A stretch of 64,000 nt of DNA, from assembly GCA_963782055.1 (NCBI GenBank), contig CAWAIF010000003.1, positions 1,056,001 to 1,120,000 of the forward strand, written 5' to 3'. The DNA comes from an uncultured delta proteobacterium (GTDB taxonomy: Bacteria > Myxococcota_A > Polyangia > Polyangiales > Polyangiaceae). Position 1 is the first letter of the stretch. The number at the start of each line of letters is the position of its first letter. The position numbers and the translations under genes are program-made. The notes under the pieces are model-generated. The model had not been told where the DNA came from. It saw only the letters and a list, made by a program, of their open reading frames with translations, and did no database searches. This document shows, piece by piece, positions 52,538 to 62,615 of this stretch.

Positions 52538-53905
52538 ATGCGCACCTGGCTTCTGGGAGTTCTTGTGTTCGGTCTCGCCGCGTGCGGCTCCAACGGCCCG
52601 AGCGGCTTCGACACCGACGGTGGCGCCACCGACGGGAGCGTCGGCAACGACGACGCGCCGTCGTTCACCGGCGACGGTGCCACCGGCGACGGCGGGGCGT
52701 GCGTCAACCTGCAGTGCAAGCAGGTGGATTGCGGCGGGGGTGCGACCACCACGGTGAGCGGCACGGTCGTCACCGCGACGCCCTCGCAGTACGGCTCGCC
52801 CGACCCGATCTACAACGCCATCGTCTACGTGCCGAACGCGGCGGTGGACCCCTTCCCGGCCGGCGTCTCGTGCGACCAGTGCGGCGCGGCGGTGAGCGGG
52901 AGCCCGGTGGTCGTCGCGCTGTCCGACTCGTCGGGCAAGTTCACGCTGAAGAACGTGCCGGTGGGCGACAACATCCCGCTGGTGGTGCAGATCGGCCGCT
53001 GGCGCAGGCAGGTTGTGATCCCGACGGTGAAGCAGTGCGTGGACAACCCGATCCCGACGACGCTCACCCACATCCCGCGCAACAAGTCGGAGGGTGACAT
53101 CCCGCACATCGCCATCGCCACGAGCACGTACGACGCCGAGGAGTGCATCCTGCTCAAGATGGGCGTGGACGTGAGCGAGTTCACCGCGTCCAGCGGCAAC
53201 GGGCGCATTCACCTCTATCACGGCAACGGCACGACGCTGCCCGGCGCGTCGCCGATGGCGGACCTCACCGCGAGCCTCGCCACGCTCAAGCAGTACGACG
53301 TGGTGCAGTTCCCGTGCTCGTCGGTGCCGGTCATCGGGGGCAGCCCGGGTCAGGCGGGCAAGAACCTCCTCGACTACCTCGACGCGGGCGGCAGGGCCTT
53401 CGCCACCGACCTGAGCTACTCCTGGTACAAGGACGGCCCCGCGCCGCTGCCGAGCACGGCCCCCTGGGGGACGTGGGGCGGCGGGATGCCGTGGCCGCTG
53501 CCCGCGACGATCGACCAGAGCTTCCCCAAGGGGAAGGCGCTCGCCGAGTGGCTGAAGAACATCGGCGCGACGCCCACGCAGGGGAGCATCGACCTGAACG
53601 AGACCTACCACATCACCGACAGCGTCAACGCGCCCACGTCGCGCTGGCTGTACTCGACCAGCCCCACGTCGGTGCAGACGCTCTCCTTCAACACGCCTAT
53701 CGGCAACGCGCCGGACAAGCAGTGCGGCCGCGCGTACTACTCCAACTTCCACATCGCAGGCGGTCAGTCGGGCGGGGGGACCACCTTCCCGGCGGAGTGC
53801 GACTCCAAGCCGCTCACCCCGCAGGAGAAGGCGATGGAGTTCTTCCTCTTCGACCTCTCCTCGTGCGTGCAGGACGACAGCAAGCCACCCGTGCCCCCGA
53901 AGTGA
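52538..53905 (+). CDS. Myxobacterial Cys-rich lipoprotein with carboxypeptidase-regulatory-like domain
   Basis: Lipobox LAAC; LVVQIGRWRRQ and QEKAMEFFLFDLSSCV motifs. Confidence 0.85.
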   Translation: MRTWLLGVLVFGLAACGSNGPSGFDTDGGATDGSVGNDDAPSFTGDGATGDGGACVNLQCKQVDCGGGATTTVSGTVVTATPSQYGSPDPIYNAIVYVPNAAVDPFPAGVSCDQCGAAVSGSPVVVALSDSSGKFTLKNVPVGDNIPLVVQIGRWRRQVVIPTVKQCVDNPIPTTLTHIPRNKSEGDIPHIAIATSTYDAEECILLKMGVDVSEFTASSGNGRIHLYHGNGTTLPGASPMADLTASLATLKQYDVVQFPCSSVPVIGGSPGQAGKNLLDYLDAGGRAFATDLSYSWYKDGPAPLPSTAPWGTWGGGMPWPLPATIDQSFPKGKALAEWLKNIGATPTQGSIDLNETYHITDSVNAPTSRWLYSTSPTSVQTLSFNTPIGNAPDKQCGRAYYSNFHIAGGQSGGGTTFPAECDSKPLTPQEKAMEFFLFDLSSCVQDDSKPPVPPK

Positions 53906-53936
53906 CGCGCCCGAGCGCGGCGACGGGAGCCACGCG

Positions 53937-54398
53937 ATGGCCGATCTGAAGGAGCTGGCGGGCACGGTGCGTGACCTCCTGGTCCGCGCACCGCGCGCGA
54001 CCCTGGCCACGCTGACCGCCGGCGCGCCGTACGCCTCGCTCGTGCTCGTCGCGGACGACGGCGCGGGCGCGCCGCTCCTGCTCCTGTCCGATCTGGCGGA
54101 GCACACGCGCAACCTGAAGCGCGACCCGCGCGCATCGGTCCTCGTCTGGGCCGCCGCCGGCGATCCCCTCGCCGCGGCGCGTGCCACCTTCCTGGGCGAG
54201 GTCGTGCCCGTCACCGACGGCGCGATGCGCGAGCGCTTCCTGCGCCGCCATCCGACCGCCGCGACGTACGCGTCCTTCAAGGACTTCGCCGTCTACCGGC
54301 TCGAGGTCGCCCGCGTGCATCTGGTCGCCGGCTTCGGCCGGATCGACTGGCTGCCCGGGGACGACTACCGCGCGGGGCTGGCGCCCGCCGCGGGCTGA
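53937..54398 (+). CDS. Pyridoxamine 5'-phosphate oxidase-like / HugZ family protein
   Basis: ATLAT..PYAS..LSDLAEHTRNL..DPRAS..DF..VAGFG. Confidence 0.88.
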   Translation: MADLKELAGTVRDLLVRAPRATLATLTAGAPYASLVLVADDGAGAPLLLLSDLAEHTRNLKRDPRASVLVWAAAGDPLAAARATFLGEVVPVTDGAMRERFLRRHPTAATYASFKDFAVYRLEVARVHLVAGFGRIDWLPGDDYRAGLAPAAG

Positions 54399-54662
54399 TC
54401 CGCGCGCGCGCCTGGTCGGGCTTTCGTCCCCTCCCAGCGTGGCCGCCGGCTGCACGCCCCCACCGCCCAGGCGCGACCTGCGACGTGCGCCCCCTCAGGC
54501 CGCGCTGCCGCTCCCGCCGCCCTGTCCCCCCTGTCCCCCCCTCTGTCCCCGGACACCCAAACGTCGGACCGCTAGCACGCTCGCACTCCGACGTTTCGCG
54601 GCGATCTCGCGGAGGGGAGGGGGGGTGGGGGGGTTGGTATGGGGCGTGCTGAGGGGGTGGGG

Positions 54663-55244
54663 ATGGATCCGGTGTTCTTCACAATCAAGCGTGCGTACTA
54701 CGCGACGCTGCGTCTCACGCGTCGGGCGCTGGCCGCCATCGGGCTCACGGCGGCTCGCTTCGACCTTCTCGACGCCCTCTACCGGCTGGGGACGGGGGCC
54801 AGCAACCTGCAGAGTCACCTTCGCCGGGGGCTGGGCGTCGCTCGGTCCACCATCAGCCGGATGCTCGGTGCCCTCGAGCGGCTGGGGCTGGTCACGCGGC
54901 ATCGCGCGGGGCGCGAGTGCGTCGTCAAGCTCACCCCGGAAGGGCGGCGCCGTGTGCGGTGCGCGTTCTTCGGGCTCGTCCGCGTGGGGCACGTCGCGCT
55001 GGCGCTGGACAGCGCGCTCGCGCCCGGCAGCCGGTTCTGGCCCACGCCGCGCGCATGCGTCGCGGCGCGAAGACATCTCATGGTGCTCTGCCTTCGCATC
55101 CGGCTGGGCCTTGGCGACAAGGCGACGCTCGACAGGCTCACCGAAGGCGGGTTCTGGGTCCTGCGGGACCTGGACCGGGCCCGGCGCTTGCGCGCTCGCA
55201 CGCAGCGTCGCGAGCGAGGCGACGCGGAGGTGTGGCTGGCGTGA
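54663..55244 (+). CDS. MarR-family winged-helix regulator
   Basis: GLTAARFDLL, LGVARSTISRMLGALERLGLV, VKLTPEG; start at ATG 54663 or 54639. Confidence 0.8.
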   Translation: MDPVFFTIKRAYYATLRLTRRALAAIGLTAARFDLLDALYRLGTGASNLQSHLRRGLGVARSTISRMLGALERLGLVTRHRAGRECVVKLTPEGRRRVRCAFFGLVRVGHVALALDSALAPGSRFWPTPRACVAARRHLMVLCLRIRLGLGDKATLDRLTEGGFWVLRDLDRARRLRARTQRRERGDAEVWLA

Positions 55245-55304
55245 ACGGGCCTGGTCCGGCGTGCGGGGACGACGCAAGAACAGAACACCCAACATCGAGG
55301 GGCG

Positions 55305-55376
55305 AGGCCGCGATGCCACCAGGCCGCGATGCCACCAGGCCACCAGGCCGCGATGCCGCGAGGTCGCGAAGCCCGC
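55305..55376. repeat. Intergenic tandem repeat of a 16-nt unit
   Basis: AGGCCGCGATGCCACC x2, a half unit AGGCCACC, then two degenerate copies. Confidence 0.85.
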
Positions 55377-55380
55377 CGCT

Positions 55381-56091
55381 TCAGAACGTCTGGTTCAGAT
55401 AGCGGAAGAGCAGATAGGTGGGAGTCGCCGAGGTGGGGTCCACCACGATCGCGCCGTCGGGGTAGCCATCGTTGCGGTGTACCTGATGCGCGCTGCTCGG
55501 CTCGGTGCCATCCGAGTACGCGAACACCGAGACCGGCGCGCCCACCGTGACGTGCGCGCAGACGAAGGCGACGGCCTCGTCCTGCGTCACCGTGGTGAAG
55601 TCGGTGCTGTGCACGCCCAGGTCGGCGGCGTAGTCCAGCGTGACGCCGGTGTGCCAGCCCTCGGCGTAGGCGGGGCCGAGGAGCGGCGCGTTCGCGGTGT
55701 CCACCGCGACGCCGCTGACCGACGTCACCAGCCGCTGCACCTGGCCCTGGATGGACAGCTCGAGCACCACGTGCGTCCCGTTGGGCAGCGCGCACTGCTG
55801 GTCCACCGGACGGACGAGCGCGACCAGGGTGCCGTCGGCGCGGCCGTCGGCCTTGGTGAACAGCGAGCCGAAGGTGGTGGCGCACGCCTGCGCCTTTTCC
55901 TCGCAGCTCACCCCCGCCTCGGCCGGCGTCGCCTCCCCGCCCGCGTCCCCCGCCGCGTCGCCCGGCGAGGCCTCCGCGCCCCCGTCGTCCGGTCCGCCGT
56001 CCTTCGCGCCGGCGTCCGCGGCCCCGTCGGGGCCGCACGCCGCCAGCGCCAGCGAAAGTACCCCGAGCGCCGTGAGCCACCGTGCCAGCAT
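55381..56091 (-). CDS. Hypothetical lipoprotein
   Basis: ATG 56091; lipobox LAAC; DAG-rich linker. Confidence 0.82.
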   Translation of the reverse strand: MLARWLTALGVLSLALAACGPDGAADAGAKDGGPDDGGAEASPGDAAGDAGGEATPAEAGVSCEEKAQACATTFGSLFTKADGRADGTLVALVRPVDQQCALPNGTHVVLELSIQGQVQRLVTSVSGVAVDTANAPLLGPAYAEGWHTGVTLDYAADLGVHSTDFTTVTQDEAVAFVCAHVTVGAPVSVFAYSDGTEPSSAHQVHRNDGYPDGAIVVDPTSATPTYLLFRYLNQTF

Positions 56092-56145
56092 GATCGACCG
56101 GCTACCTACCACGAACGCCGTGCCGAACGGTGCTACCACTAGCGC

Positions 56146-57633
56146 GTGTCCCGAATCCCCATCCCCTCCGCCCCCGGCCCCGGCCCGATGTGGGGGCTCG
56201 GCGTGCGCGGCAACGCCCTCCGCTGGATCCGCGACCCCATCGGCTACGCGGGGCGCCTCTTCGCCCGCTACGGCAACGTCGCCTCCATCGTCCGCGGTCC
56301 GCTGCGCATCGTGAACCCCGGCCCGACACCGGCGATCCCGTTGCTCGAGGCGGCCCGCGGCGCCGGCGTGGTGTGCGTGAACGGCGCCGAGCTCAACCGG
56401 CAGGTGCTCACCGACCACGAGCGCTACCACACGATCGCGCTCCCCGGTCGCCTCTACCCGACACGCGGCACCCCCAGCGGGCGCGAGCGGCCCGTCACGC
56501 GCACCATGACCGGCCTCTTCCACGTCAACGGCGGCGAGCATCGCAAGCACCGCCGCCTGCTCATGCCGGCGTTCGCCAAGACGCGCATCGATGCCTATCG
56601 CGACGACATGGTGCGCATCACCGGCGAGGTGCTCGCGCAGTACCGCCCGGGGGAGACGCGCGACGTCCACGCCGACATGACCGAGCTCACCTTGCGCGTG
56701 GCCACCAAGACCCTCTTCGGCGAGGACGAGGGCGCGCGAGGCGCCGAGCTCGCGCGGATGATGCAGCGCTGGCTCGTGACGATGATGTCACCGGGGATGC
56801 TCGTCCGCTACGACGTGCGGCCGCTGGCGTACTGGCGCTTCCTCAACCTCACCCGCGAGATCGACGAAGGCACCGCCGCGATCCTGCGCGACCGGCGCGG
56901 TCGCGGAGAGGGCGCGGACATGCTCTCCATGCTCCTCGCCGCGCGCGACGAGGACGGCAGCGCGCTCGACGAGGACGATCTCGTCGGCCACACGGGCGTC
57001 ATCTTCGCGGCGGGGCACGAGACGAGCACCAACGCCCTCGCCTGGACGCTGCTCCTCCTCTCGCAGCACCCGCGCGTCCTCCGCGAGCTCGACGACGAGC
57101 TCGCCTGCCTGCGCGGCGCCCCGCCGGCGGTGGAGGACCTCGCGCGGCTCACCCTCCTCGACGCCGTCGTCAAGGAGAGCATGCGCCTGCTCCCGCCCGT
57201 GCCGCTCCACCCGCGCATCGTGGCGAAGGACTCCGAGCTGGGCGGCCACCACCTCCCCGCCGGGAGCGAGGTGTTCCTCAGCATCTTCCACATGCACCAC
57301 GACCCCGACGTCTTTCCCGACCCCGAGACCTTCTCGCCGCGCCGCTGGGAGCGGGCGAAGCCCACCGTCTACGAGTACAACCCCTTCAGCGCGGGCCCGC
57401 GCATGTGCATCGGCGCCTCCTTCGCGATGATGGAGATCAAGGTCGTCCTCGCCATGCTCCTCTCCCGGTTCCGCCTGGAGCTGCCGGCCGGATCGCGCGT
57501 CGACCCACGCGTGGCGATCACCATGGCGCCGCGCGGCGGGCTGCGGATGACCGTGCGCGCGGGCGGCGGCGCGCCGGCGCGGGCCGAGGGCTTCGGCGGC
57601 GAGGTCCGCCGGCTCGCCCGCTGGCCCTCCTGA
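56146..57633 (+). CDS. Cytochrome P450
   Basis: AGHETS I-helix, ESMR ExxR, heme ligand FSAGPRMCIG. Confidence 0.96.
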   Translation: MSRIPIPSAPGPGPMWGLGVRGNALRWIRDPIGYAGRLFARYGNVASIVRGPLRIVNPGPTPAIPLLEAARGAGVVCVNGAELNRQVLTDHERYHTIALPGRLYPTRGTPSGRERPVTRTMTGLFHVNGGEHRKHRRLLMPAFAKTRIDAYRDDMVRITGEVLAQYRPGETRDVHADMTELTLRVATKTLFGEDEGARGAELARMMQRWLVTMMSPGMLVRYDVRPLAYWRFLNLTREIDEGTAAILRDRRGRGEGADMLSMLLAARDEDGSALDEDDLVGHTGVIFAAGHETSTNALAWTLLLLSQHPRVLRELDDELACLRGAPPAVEDLARLTLLDAVVKESMRLLPPVPLHPRIVAKDSELGGHHLPAGSEVFLSIFHMHHDPDVFPDPETFSPRRWERAKPTVYEYNPFSAGPRMCIGASFAMMEIKVVLAMLLSRFRLELPAGSRVDPRVAITMAPRGGLRMTVRAGGGAPARAEGFGGEVRRLARWPS

Positions 57634-57640
57634 CGCCCCG

Positions 57641-59707
57641 CTACCTCGGCGCCGGGGCGTCCAGCACCTCGCGCACCTTGCGCGCCAGCGCCTCCGGCGT
57701 CACCGGCTTCTGCAGGAAGGACACGCCGGAGTCCAGCACCCCGTGGTGGACGATGGAGTTCTCCGTGTAGCCGGACATGTAGAGTACACGCATGTCCGGG
57801 CGCACCGCCCGCAGCCGCTCGGCGAGCTGCCGCCCGCTCATGCGTGGCATCACCACGTCGGAGAGGAGCAGGTGGATCGTCGCCCCGTGCTGCTCGCAGA
57901 TGAGCAGCGCGTCCCCGCCGCTCTGCGCCTCCAGCACGTGGTACCCCATGCGCCGAAGGATGGTCCGCGCCAAAACCCGCACCGGCTCCTCGTCCTCCAC
58001 GAGCAGGATCGTCTCCGTCCCGCGGAGGGCCTCCGCCGGCGGCGCCGACGGCGCCGAGGAGGCGCTCCGCTTCACCGCGGAGAGGTCGGTGCGCGGGAAG
58101 TAGACCTTCACCGTCGTGCCGCGCCCCGGCTCGCTGTAGACCCAGAGGTGCCCGTTGCTCTGCTTCACGATGCCGAAGACCGTCGCGAGCCCGAGCCCGG
58201 TGCCCTTGCCCGTCGCCTTGGTCGTGAAGAAGGGCTCGAACATGCGCGCCCGGGTCTCGGCGTCCATCCCCTCGCCGGTGTCGGTCACCATGAGCGCGAC
58301 GTGAGGGCCGGGCGTCACCCCGAGGTGCGCGGCGGCGTAGTCGGCGTCGAGCTCCGCGCGGGCCACCTCCACCGTGAGCTTCCCGCCGCGCGGCATCGCG
58401 TCGCGCGCGTTGGCGACCAGGTTGACCAGGATCTGATCGATCTGGCTGGGGTCGAGGGTGACGACGGCCGAGCCCCCGCGCAGGAGGGTGAGCTCGATGT
58501 CCTCGCCGACCAGCCGGCGGAGCATCTTCTCCAGGCCCGCGACCACGTCGCCCAGGTCCACCGGCCGCGGCTGGAGGATCTGCCGGCGTCCGAAGGCGAG
58601 GAGCTGGCGGGTGAGGCTGGTGGCGCGCTCCGCCGCGGCGTGGATCTCCTGGATGTCGGTGCGCAAGGGGTCGCTCGGGCTGAGGTCACCGAGGAGCATC
58701 GAGGAGTAACTGAGGATCACCGAAAGCAGGTTGTTGAAGTCGTGCGCGATGCCGCCCGCGAGCCGACCGATGGCGTCCATCTTCTGCGCCTGGCGAAACT
58801 GCTCCTCGGTGCGCGCGAGCGACTCCTCCAGCCGGCGCTGAGCGGTGAGGTCGCGGACGATGCAGAGCACCACCGGGCGCTTCTCGAAGGAGAAGGAGGC
58901 GAGCCCGATGTCCACCGGGATCTCCGTGCCGTCGCGCCGCAGCGCGGCGAGCGCGGGCGCCTCGCCCATGCGTCGCGTCCGCGGGGCGGCGAAGTAGCCG
59001 TCGCGCAGGCCCGCGTGCGCCTCCCGCACCGCAGACGGCACCAGCTCGTCGATGCCGAGGCCGAGCAGCGCGCCGCTCTCGCGACCGAAGAGCGTGTCCG
59101 CCTCCGGGTTGGCGAGCAGGATGGTGCCGCTGCGGGCGACCATCAGCATCGCGTCGGGGGCCGCCTCGAACATCCGTCGGAAGACGCCCTCGGTCTGCTG
59201 CAGCGCCACGAAGAGGCGCTCGCGCTCCGCGGCTTCGGTGTGGAGGGCGGCGTTGGCGTACCGTAGCTCCTCGGTGCGCGCCGCCACCCGACGCTCCAGC
59301 TCGTCGCGCGCGCCGTGCAGGGCCTCCAGCGCGGCCTTCTCCGCCGTGATGTCACGGGCGACGGCGTAGACGAGGCCGCTGGCCGGCTCCACGACCGAGT
59401 TCCACACCAGCCAGCGGTACGTGCCGTCCTTGCAGACATGGCGGTTCGCGAATCCGGTGGCGGCGTCGCCGGCGCGGACCCGTGCTCGCGTCTCGAGCGT
59501 GGCCTGGCAATCGTCCGGGTGCACGAAGTCGATCTGCGGCCTGGCCAGGAGCTCCTCGACGCTCCACCCGAGCGTCCGCTCCCAGGCAGGGTTGACGACC
59601 TTGAAGTACCCGTCAGCGCCGGCCACGGCCATCAGGGCGGGAGACAGGCGGAAGAACTCTGCCCAGTTGATGGGGCCTTGCGGCACTGGCGTGTTGGCGT
59701 CGGCCAA
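57641..59707 (-). CDS. Hybrid sensor kinase (PAS-PAS-HisKA-HATPase-REC)
   Basis: [47 protein letters not shown] start. Confidence 0.95.
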   Translation of the reverse strand: MADANTPVPQGPINWAEFFRLSPALMAVAGADGYFKVVNPAWERTLGWSVEELLARPQIDFVHPDDCQATLETRARVRAGDAATGFANRHVCKDGTYRWLVWNSVVEPASGLVYAVARDITAEKAALEALHGARDELERRVAARTEELRYANAALHTEAAERERLFVALQQTEGVFRRMFEAAPDAMLMVARSGTILLANPEADTLFGRESGALLGLGIDELVPSAVREAHAGLRDGYFAAPRTRRMGEAPALAALRRDGTEIPVDIGLASFSFEKRPVVLCIVRDLTAQRRLEESLARTEEQFRQAQKMDAIGRLAGGIAHDFNNLLSVILSYSSMLLGDLSPSDPLRTDIQEIHAAAERATSLTRQLLAFGRRQILQPRPVDLGDVVAGLEKMLRRLVGEDIELTLLRGGSAVVTLDPSQIDQILVNLVANARDAMPRGGKLTVEVARAELDADYAAAHLGVTPGPHVALMVTDTGEGMDAETRARMFEPFFTTKATGKGTGLGLATVFGIVKQSNGHLWVYSEPGRGTTVKVYFPRTDLSAVKRSASSAPSAPPAEALRGTETILLVEDEEPVRVLARTILRRMGYHVLEAQSGGDALLICEQHGATIHLLLSDVVMPRMSGRQLAERLRAVRPDMRVLYMSGYTENSIVHHGVLDSGVSFLQKPVTPEALARKVREVLDAPAPR

Positions 59708-59791
59708 GGGGGACCCACTCTAGCAGCTCCGCCCGCGGCGGTGAGGGGCGGCGCATCGCGCGAGCGCCTCCGGCCGCGTGTCGGCACGGGA

Positions 59792-61306
59792 TCATGGAAG
59801 CAAGGGGGAGCGTGCGCCGACGTGGGCGAGCACCGCCTGATGCCGCGCGCGCGTGACGGCGACGTACAGCATGCGGCGAGCCGCGGGCGTGTCGGGGTAG
59901 TCGACCGCGCTCGCGTCCGGGACCACCACCGTGTCGAACTCGAGACCCTTCGCCTCCTCCACGAGGGTGACCTGCACCGGGCCTCGCGGCAGGAAGCGCC
60001 CATCCCACACCAGGCGTGCCGGCAGGTGCGGTCGCAGCAGGGCGGCCACGCGCCGCGCGGTCATGGGCGTGCGGCAGAGCACGGCGACGGAGAGGCGCGG
60101 ATCGGCCTCGAGCAGCGGCGCCAGCCGCAGACCGAGCGCCGCGGCCATGGCTCCTTCGTCCTCGAAGGCAAGGCAAGGGGGCAGCTCCGCGCTCCCGGGT
60201 GGCTCGGCATCGCGGACGCTCCGCGCCAGCGCCACCACCTCCGGCGGGCAGCGGTAGGAGACCTCCAGGCGCACCGCCTCGTGGTCTGCGTGGCCGAGCT
60301 CGCGCATCGCCGCGTCCCAGCCGCGGAAGCTCGTGGTGTCGTCCGTCTGCTGGTCGCCGTCCCCGGCGACGATGAGCGTCCCGCCCGGCGCGAGGCTCCG
60401 ACCGAGCAGCGCGAGCTCCAGCGGCGCCAGGTCCTGGGCCTCGTCGACGAAGAGGACGTCGTGGAGGCGGAGCGTCGCCGGCGGTCTCCCCGCGCGCTCC
60501 GCCCGCAGACGATCGAGCTCGAAGAGCACCGCGTAGTCCTCGACGTCCACGCTCGCCGCGTCGGCGGACGCCGTCCCCTCGTCAATCGCGCGACGGTCCA
60601 CCGCGACGAGCCGGTCGCGGTCGGTCACGTGCCTCCACTCTTGCTCCGTGGTGAGCTCGAACTGCACGCGGGTGTGCTCGAGCACGTCCGCGATCATCCG
60701 CGGCGTGACCGACGCCGATCCCGCGAAGGCGTGCTCGAGGAGGCGCGCGTCGCCGAAGAGGTGCTGCAGGTCCCCGCGTTGCGCGAGGGCGCGCGTCCGC
60801 ACCGGCGGGGCCTCCTCGTCGTCGTCGATGCGTCCAGGTGGGCGCTCCGCGAGCTCGGAGAGCGCGGCCCGCAGCCCGGGGTCTCGCTTGAGGCGCGCGA
60901 CCGTCGGCGGCGCCTGCTCGCTCTCGCGACGCGGAATGTCCGGGAAGGCGCGGCGTGCCTGGCGTGCCGCCCAGCGGTCGTAGGTGCGCGCCTCCACGTC
61001 CACGCCGAGCTTGCGCAAGAGCGGCTGGATCAGGCGCGCCAGCCCCTCCGTCGGGACGACCACCGCCGCGCGGTGGCGTGCTCCCGCCGCGTGCCAGACG
61101 TGCGCGAGGCGGTGGAGCGCCACGGTCGTCTTGCCGTGTCCGGCCTCGCCGAGCGCGAGCAGCGCGCGGTCGCGAGACAGGGAGATGGCGGCGCGCTGCG
61201 CCGGGTCGAGCGTGACGTCGACCAGCGACGACGTCCGCCGGCGCTCGACGCGCGTGCGAGGACGAAAGGGGGCGGTGGCGGGCGCGTGGCGGTGGGCTCG
61301 GGGCAC
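59792..61306 (-). CDS. SF1 (UvrD/HelD-like) helicase-family ATPase
   Basis: GEAGHGKTT, VDEAQD, AGDGDQ, SYRCP, KGLEFD, LYVAVTRA; start uncertain. Confidence 0.88.
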   Translation of the reverse strand: MPRAHRHAPATAPFRPRTRVERRRTSSLVDVTLDPAQRAAISLSRDRALLALGEAGHGKTTVALHRLAHVWHAAGARHRAAVVVPTEGLARLIQPLLRKLGVDVEARTYDRWAARQARRAFPDIPRRESEQAPPTVARLKRDPGLRAALSELAERPPGRIDDDEEAPPVRTRALAQRGDLQHLFGDARLLEHAFAGSASVTPRMIADVLEHTRVQFELTTEQEWRHVTDRDRLVAVDRRAIDEGTASADAASVDVEDYAVLFELDRLRAERAGRPPATLRLHDVLFVDEAQDLAPLELALLGRSLAPGGTLIVAGDGDQQTDDTTSFRGWDAAMRELGHADHEAVRLEVSYRCPPEVVALARSVRDAEPPGSAELPPCLAFEDEGAMAAALGLRLAPLLEADPRLSVAVLCRTPMTARRVAALLRPHLPARLVWDGRFLPRGPVQVTLVEEAKGLEFDTVVVPDASAVDYPDTPAARRMLYVAVTRARHQAVLAHVGARSPLLP

Positions 61307-61465
61307 GCGCGGATCAAGCCCGAAGCGCGCGCGCGAAGGAAGCTCCCCCCGGAGCGGCGAAGGCGTGATAATTGATGGGCGCGCCGTGCATGAGGTGGGG
61401 AGCATCCGGCCGGTCCCGGACAGGCGCATCGAGTCGGGCATCGGCGCGTGAGGGCGGCGAGCTCG

Positions 61466-62125
61466 TCACACGACGATCATGATCTCCTCCAGCGGCTTCT
61501 TGCGCAGCGCCGCGCGCGGGACCGTGCATCCGTCTGCGGGGTAGCCGACGGGGATGAGCAGGTAGGGCCGCTCGTTCTCCGGCCGCGAGAGGATCCTGGA
61601 GAGGAACTTCATCGGCGCGGGCGTGTGGGTGAGCGTCGCGAGGCCGGCGTGCTGCGCGGCGCAGAGGAACATGCCCACCGCGATGCCGACCGACTCGTGC
61701 GTGTAGTAGACGGCCTCGCCCTCGTCGCCCGCGGCGAGGCGGAAGACCACCACCAGCCACGGGGCGATCTCCAGGAACGCCTTGTCAGGGTCGGTGCCGA
61801 GCGGCGCGAGATCCTCCAGCCAGCGCTTCCCCGCGCGGCCGGCGTAGAAGGCGCGCTCCTCCTCCTCCGCGCCCAGCCGGATGCGCCGCTTGACCGCCGG
61901 ATCGCGCACGCACACGAAGCGCCACGGCTGACGGTTCGCCCCGCTGGGCGCGGTGCCCGCCGTCGCGACGAGCGACGCGATCAGCTCCTCGGGGACGTCG
62001 CGATCGGAGAGGTCTCGCACGCTGCGGCGTCGGCGCATCACCTCGCGGAACGCCTCGGCCGCCTCGAGCGGCGACACTGCCGGGACGTAGCGATGCGGGT
62101 AGGGGACCGGCTCGTAGGGCTCCAT
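61466..62125 (-). CDS. Nitroreductase-superfamily flavoprotein, iodotyrosine deiodinase-like
   Basis: ATG 62125; [49 protein letters not shown]. Confidence 0.88.
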   Translation of the reverse strand: MEPYEPVPYPHRYVPAVSPLEAAEAFREVMRRRRSVRDLSDRDVPEELIASLVATAGTAPSGANRQPWRFVCVRDPAVKRRIRLGAEEEERAFYAGRAGKRWLEDLAPLGTDPDKAFLEIAPWLVVVFRLAAGDEGEAVYYTHESVGIAVGMFLCAAQHAGLATLTHTPAPMKFLSRILSRPENERPYLLIPVGYPADGCTVPRAALRKKPLEEIMIVV

Positions 62126-62544
62126 CAGGCCGTGCCCAGGCCCCAGCGCTCGAACAGCATCTCGAGCAGCTCCCACTCTGCCTCGACGATGGTGTCGGCC
62201 GCGGCCACGTCGCGCAGCGCCACGTAGATCGCCTCGCGCGCGTCCCGTCGCGTGATCGACTCCGCCGCGAGGGCGAAGGCGTCGCGCCCGGAAGGCTCGT
62301 GGCTCGCGCGCTCCAGGAAGGGCTGGAGCGTCGCCACGCCGTCCGCGCTGTCGTCCGCGGACAGGCGGTAGGGGCTCGCGCCGCCGCCGTTGCCGAGCCG
62401 CACGCGCTCGGCGAACATGCGCAGGGCTTCGTGCTCGTCGGGAGACACCTTGCCGTCGACGCGCAGGAGGGTGACCAGCATCCGGGCGAGCGCCGTCAGC
62501 TCGGCCTCTGTGAAGTGCTCGATGGGGTTGTCCTCGGCGGCCAT
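62125..62544 (-). CDS. TerB-like (tellurite resistance B fold) protein
   Basis: RVDGKVSPDE and AAADTIVEAEWELL paired motifs; TGATG overlap with the downstream gene. Confidence 0.75.
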   Translation of the reverse strand: MAAEDNPIEHFTEAELTALARMLVTLLRVDGKVSPDEHEALRMFAERVRLGNGGGASPYRLSADDSADGVATLQPFLERASHEPSGRDAFALAAESITRRDAREAIYVALRDVAAADTIVEAEWELLEMLFERWGLGTA

Positions 62545-62615
62545 CCCTCATGGATAGCGCGGTTGGTGGCCGACGTCCTGTCTGGCGGGGCGCCGGACGT
62601 GGTAATCAGGCGCCA

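Noticed and set aside
55305..55376. Possible mini-CRISPR array
   Set aside because: Units are contiguous 8/16-mers with no unique spacers and no cas genes.
61307..61465. Rifamycin-associated element upstream of the HelD-like gene
   Set aside because: No matching palindrome seen.
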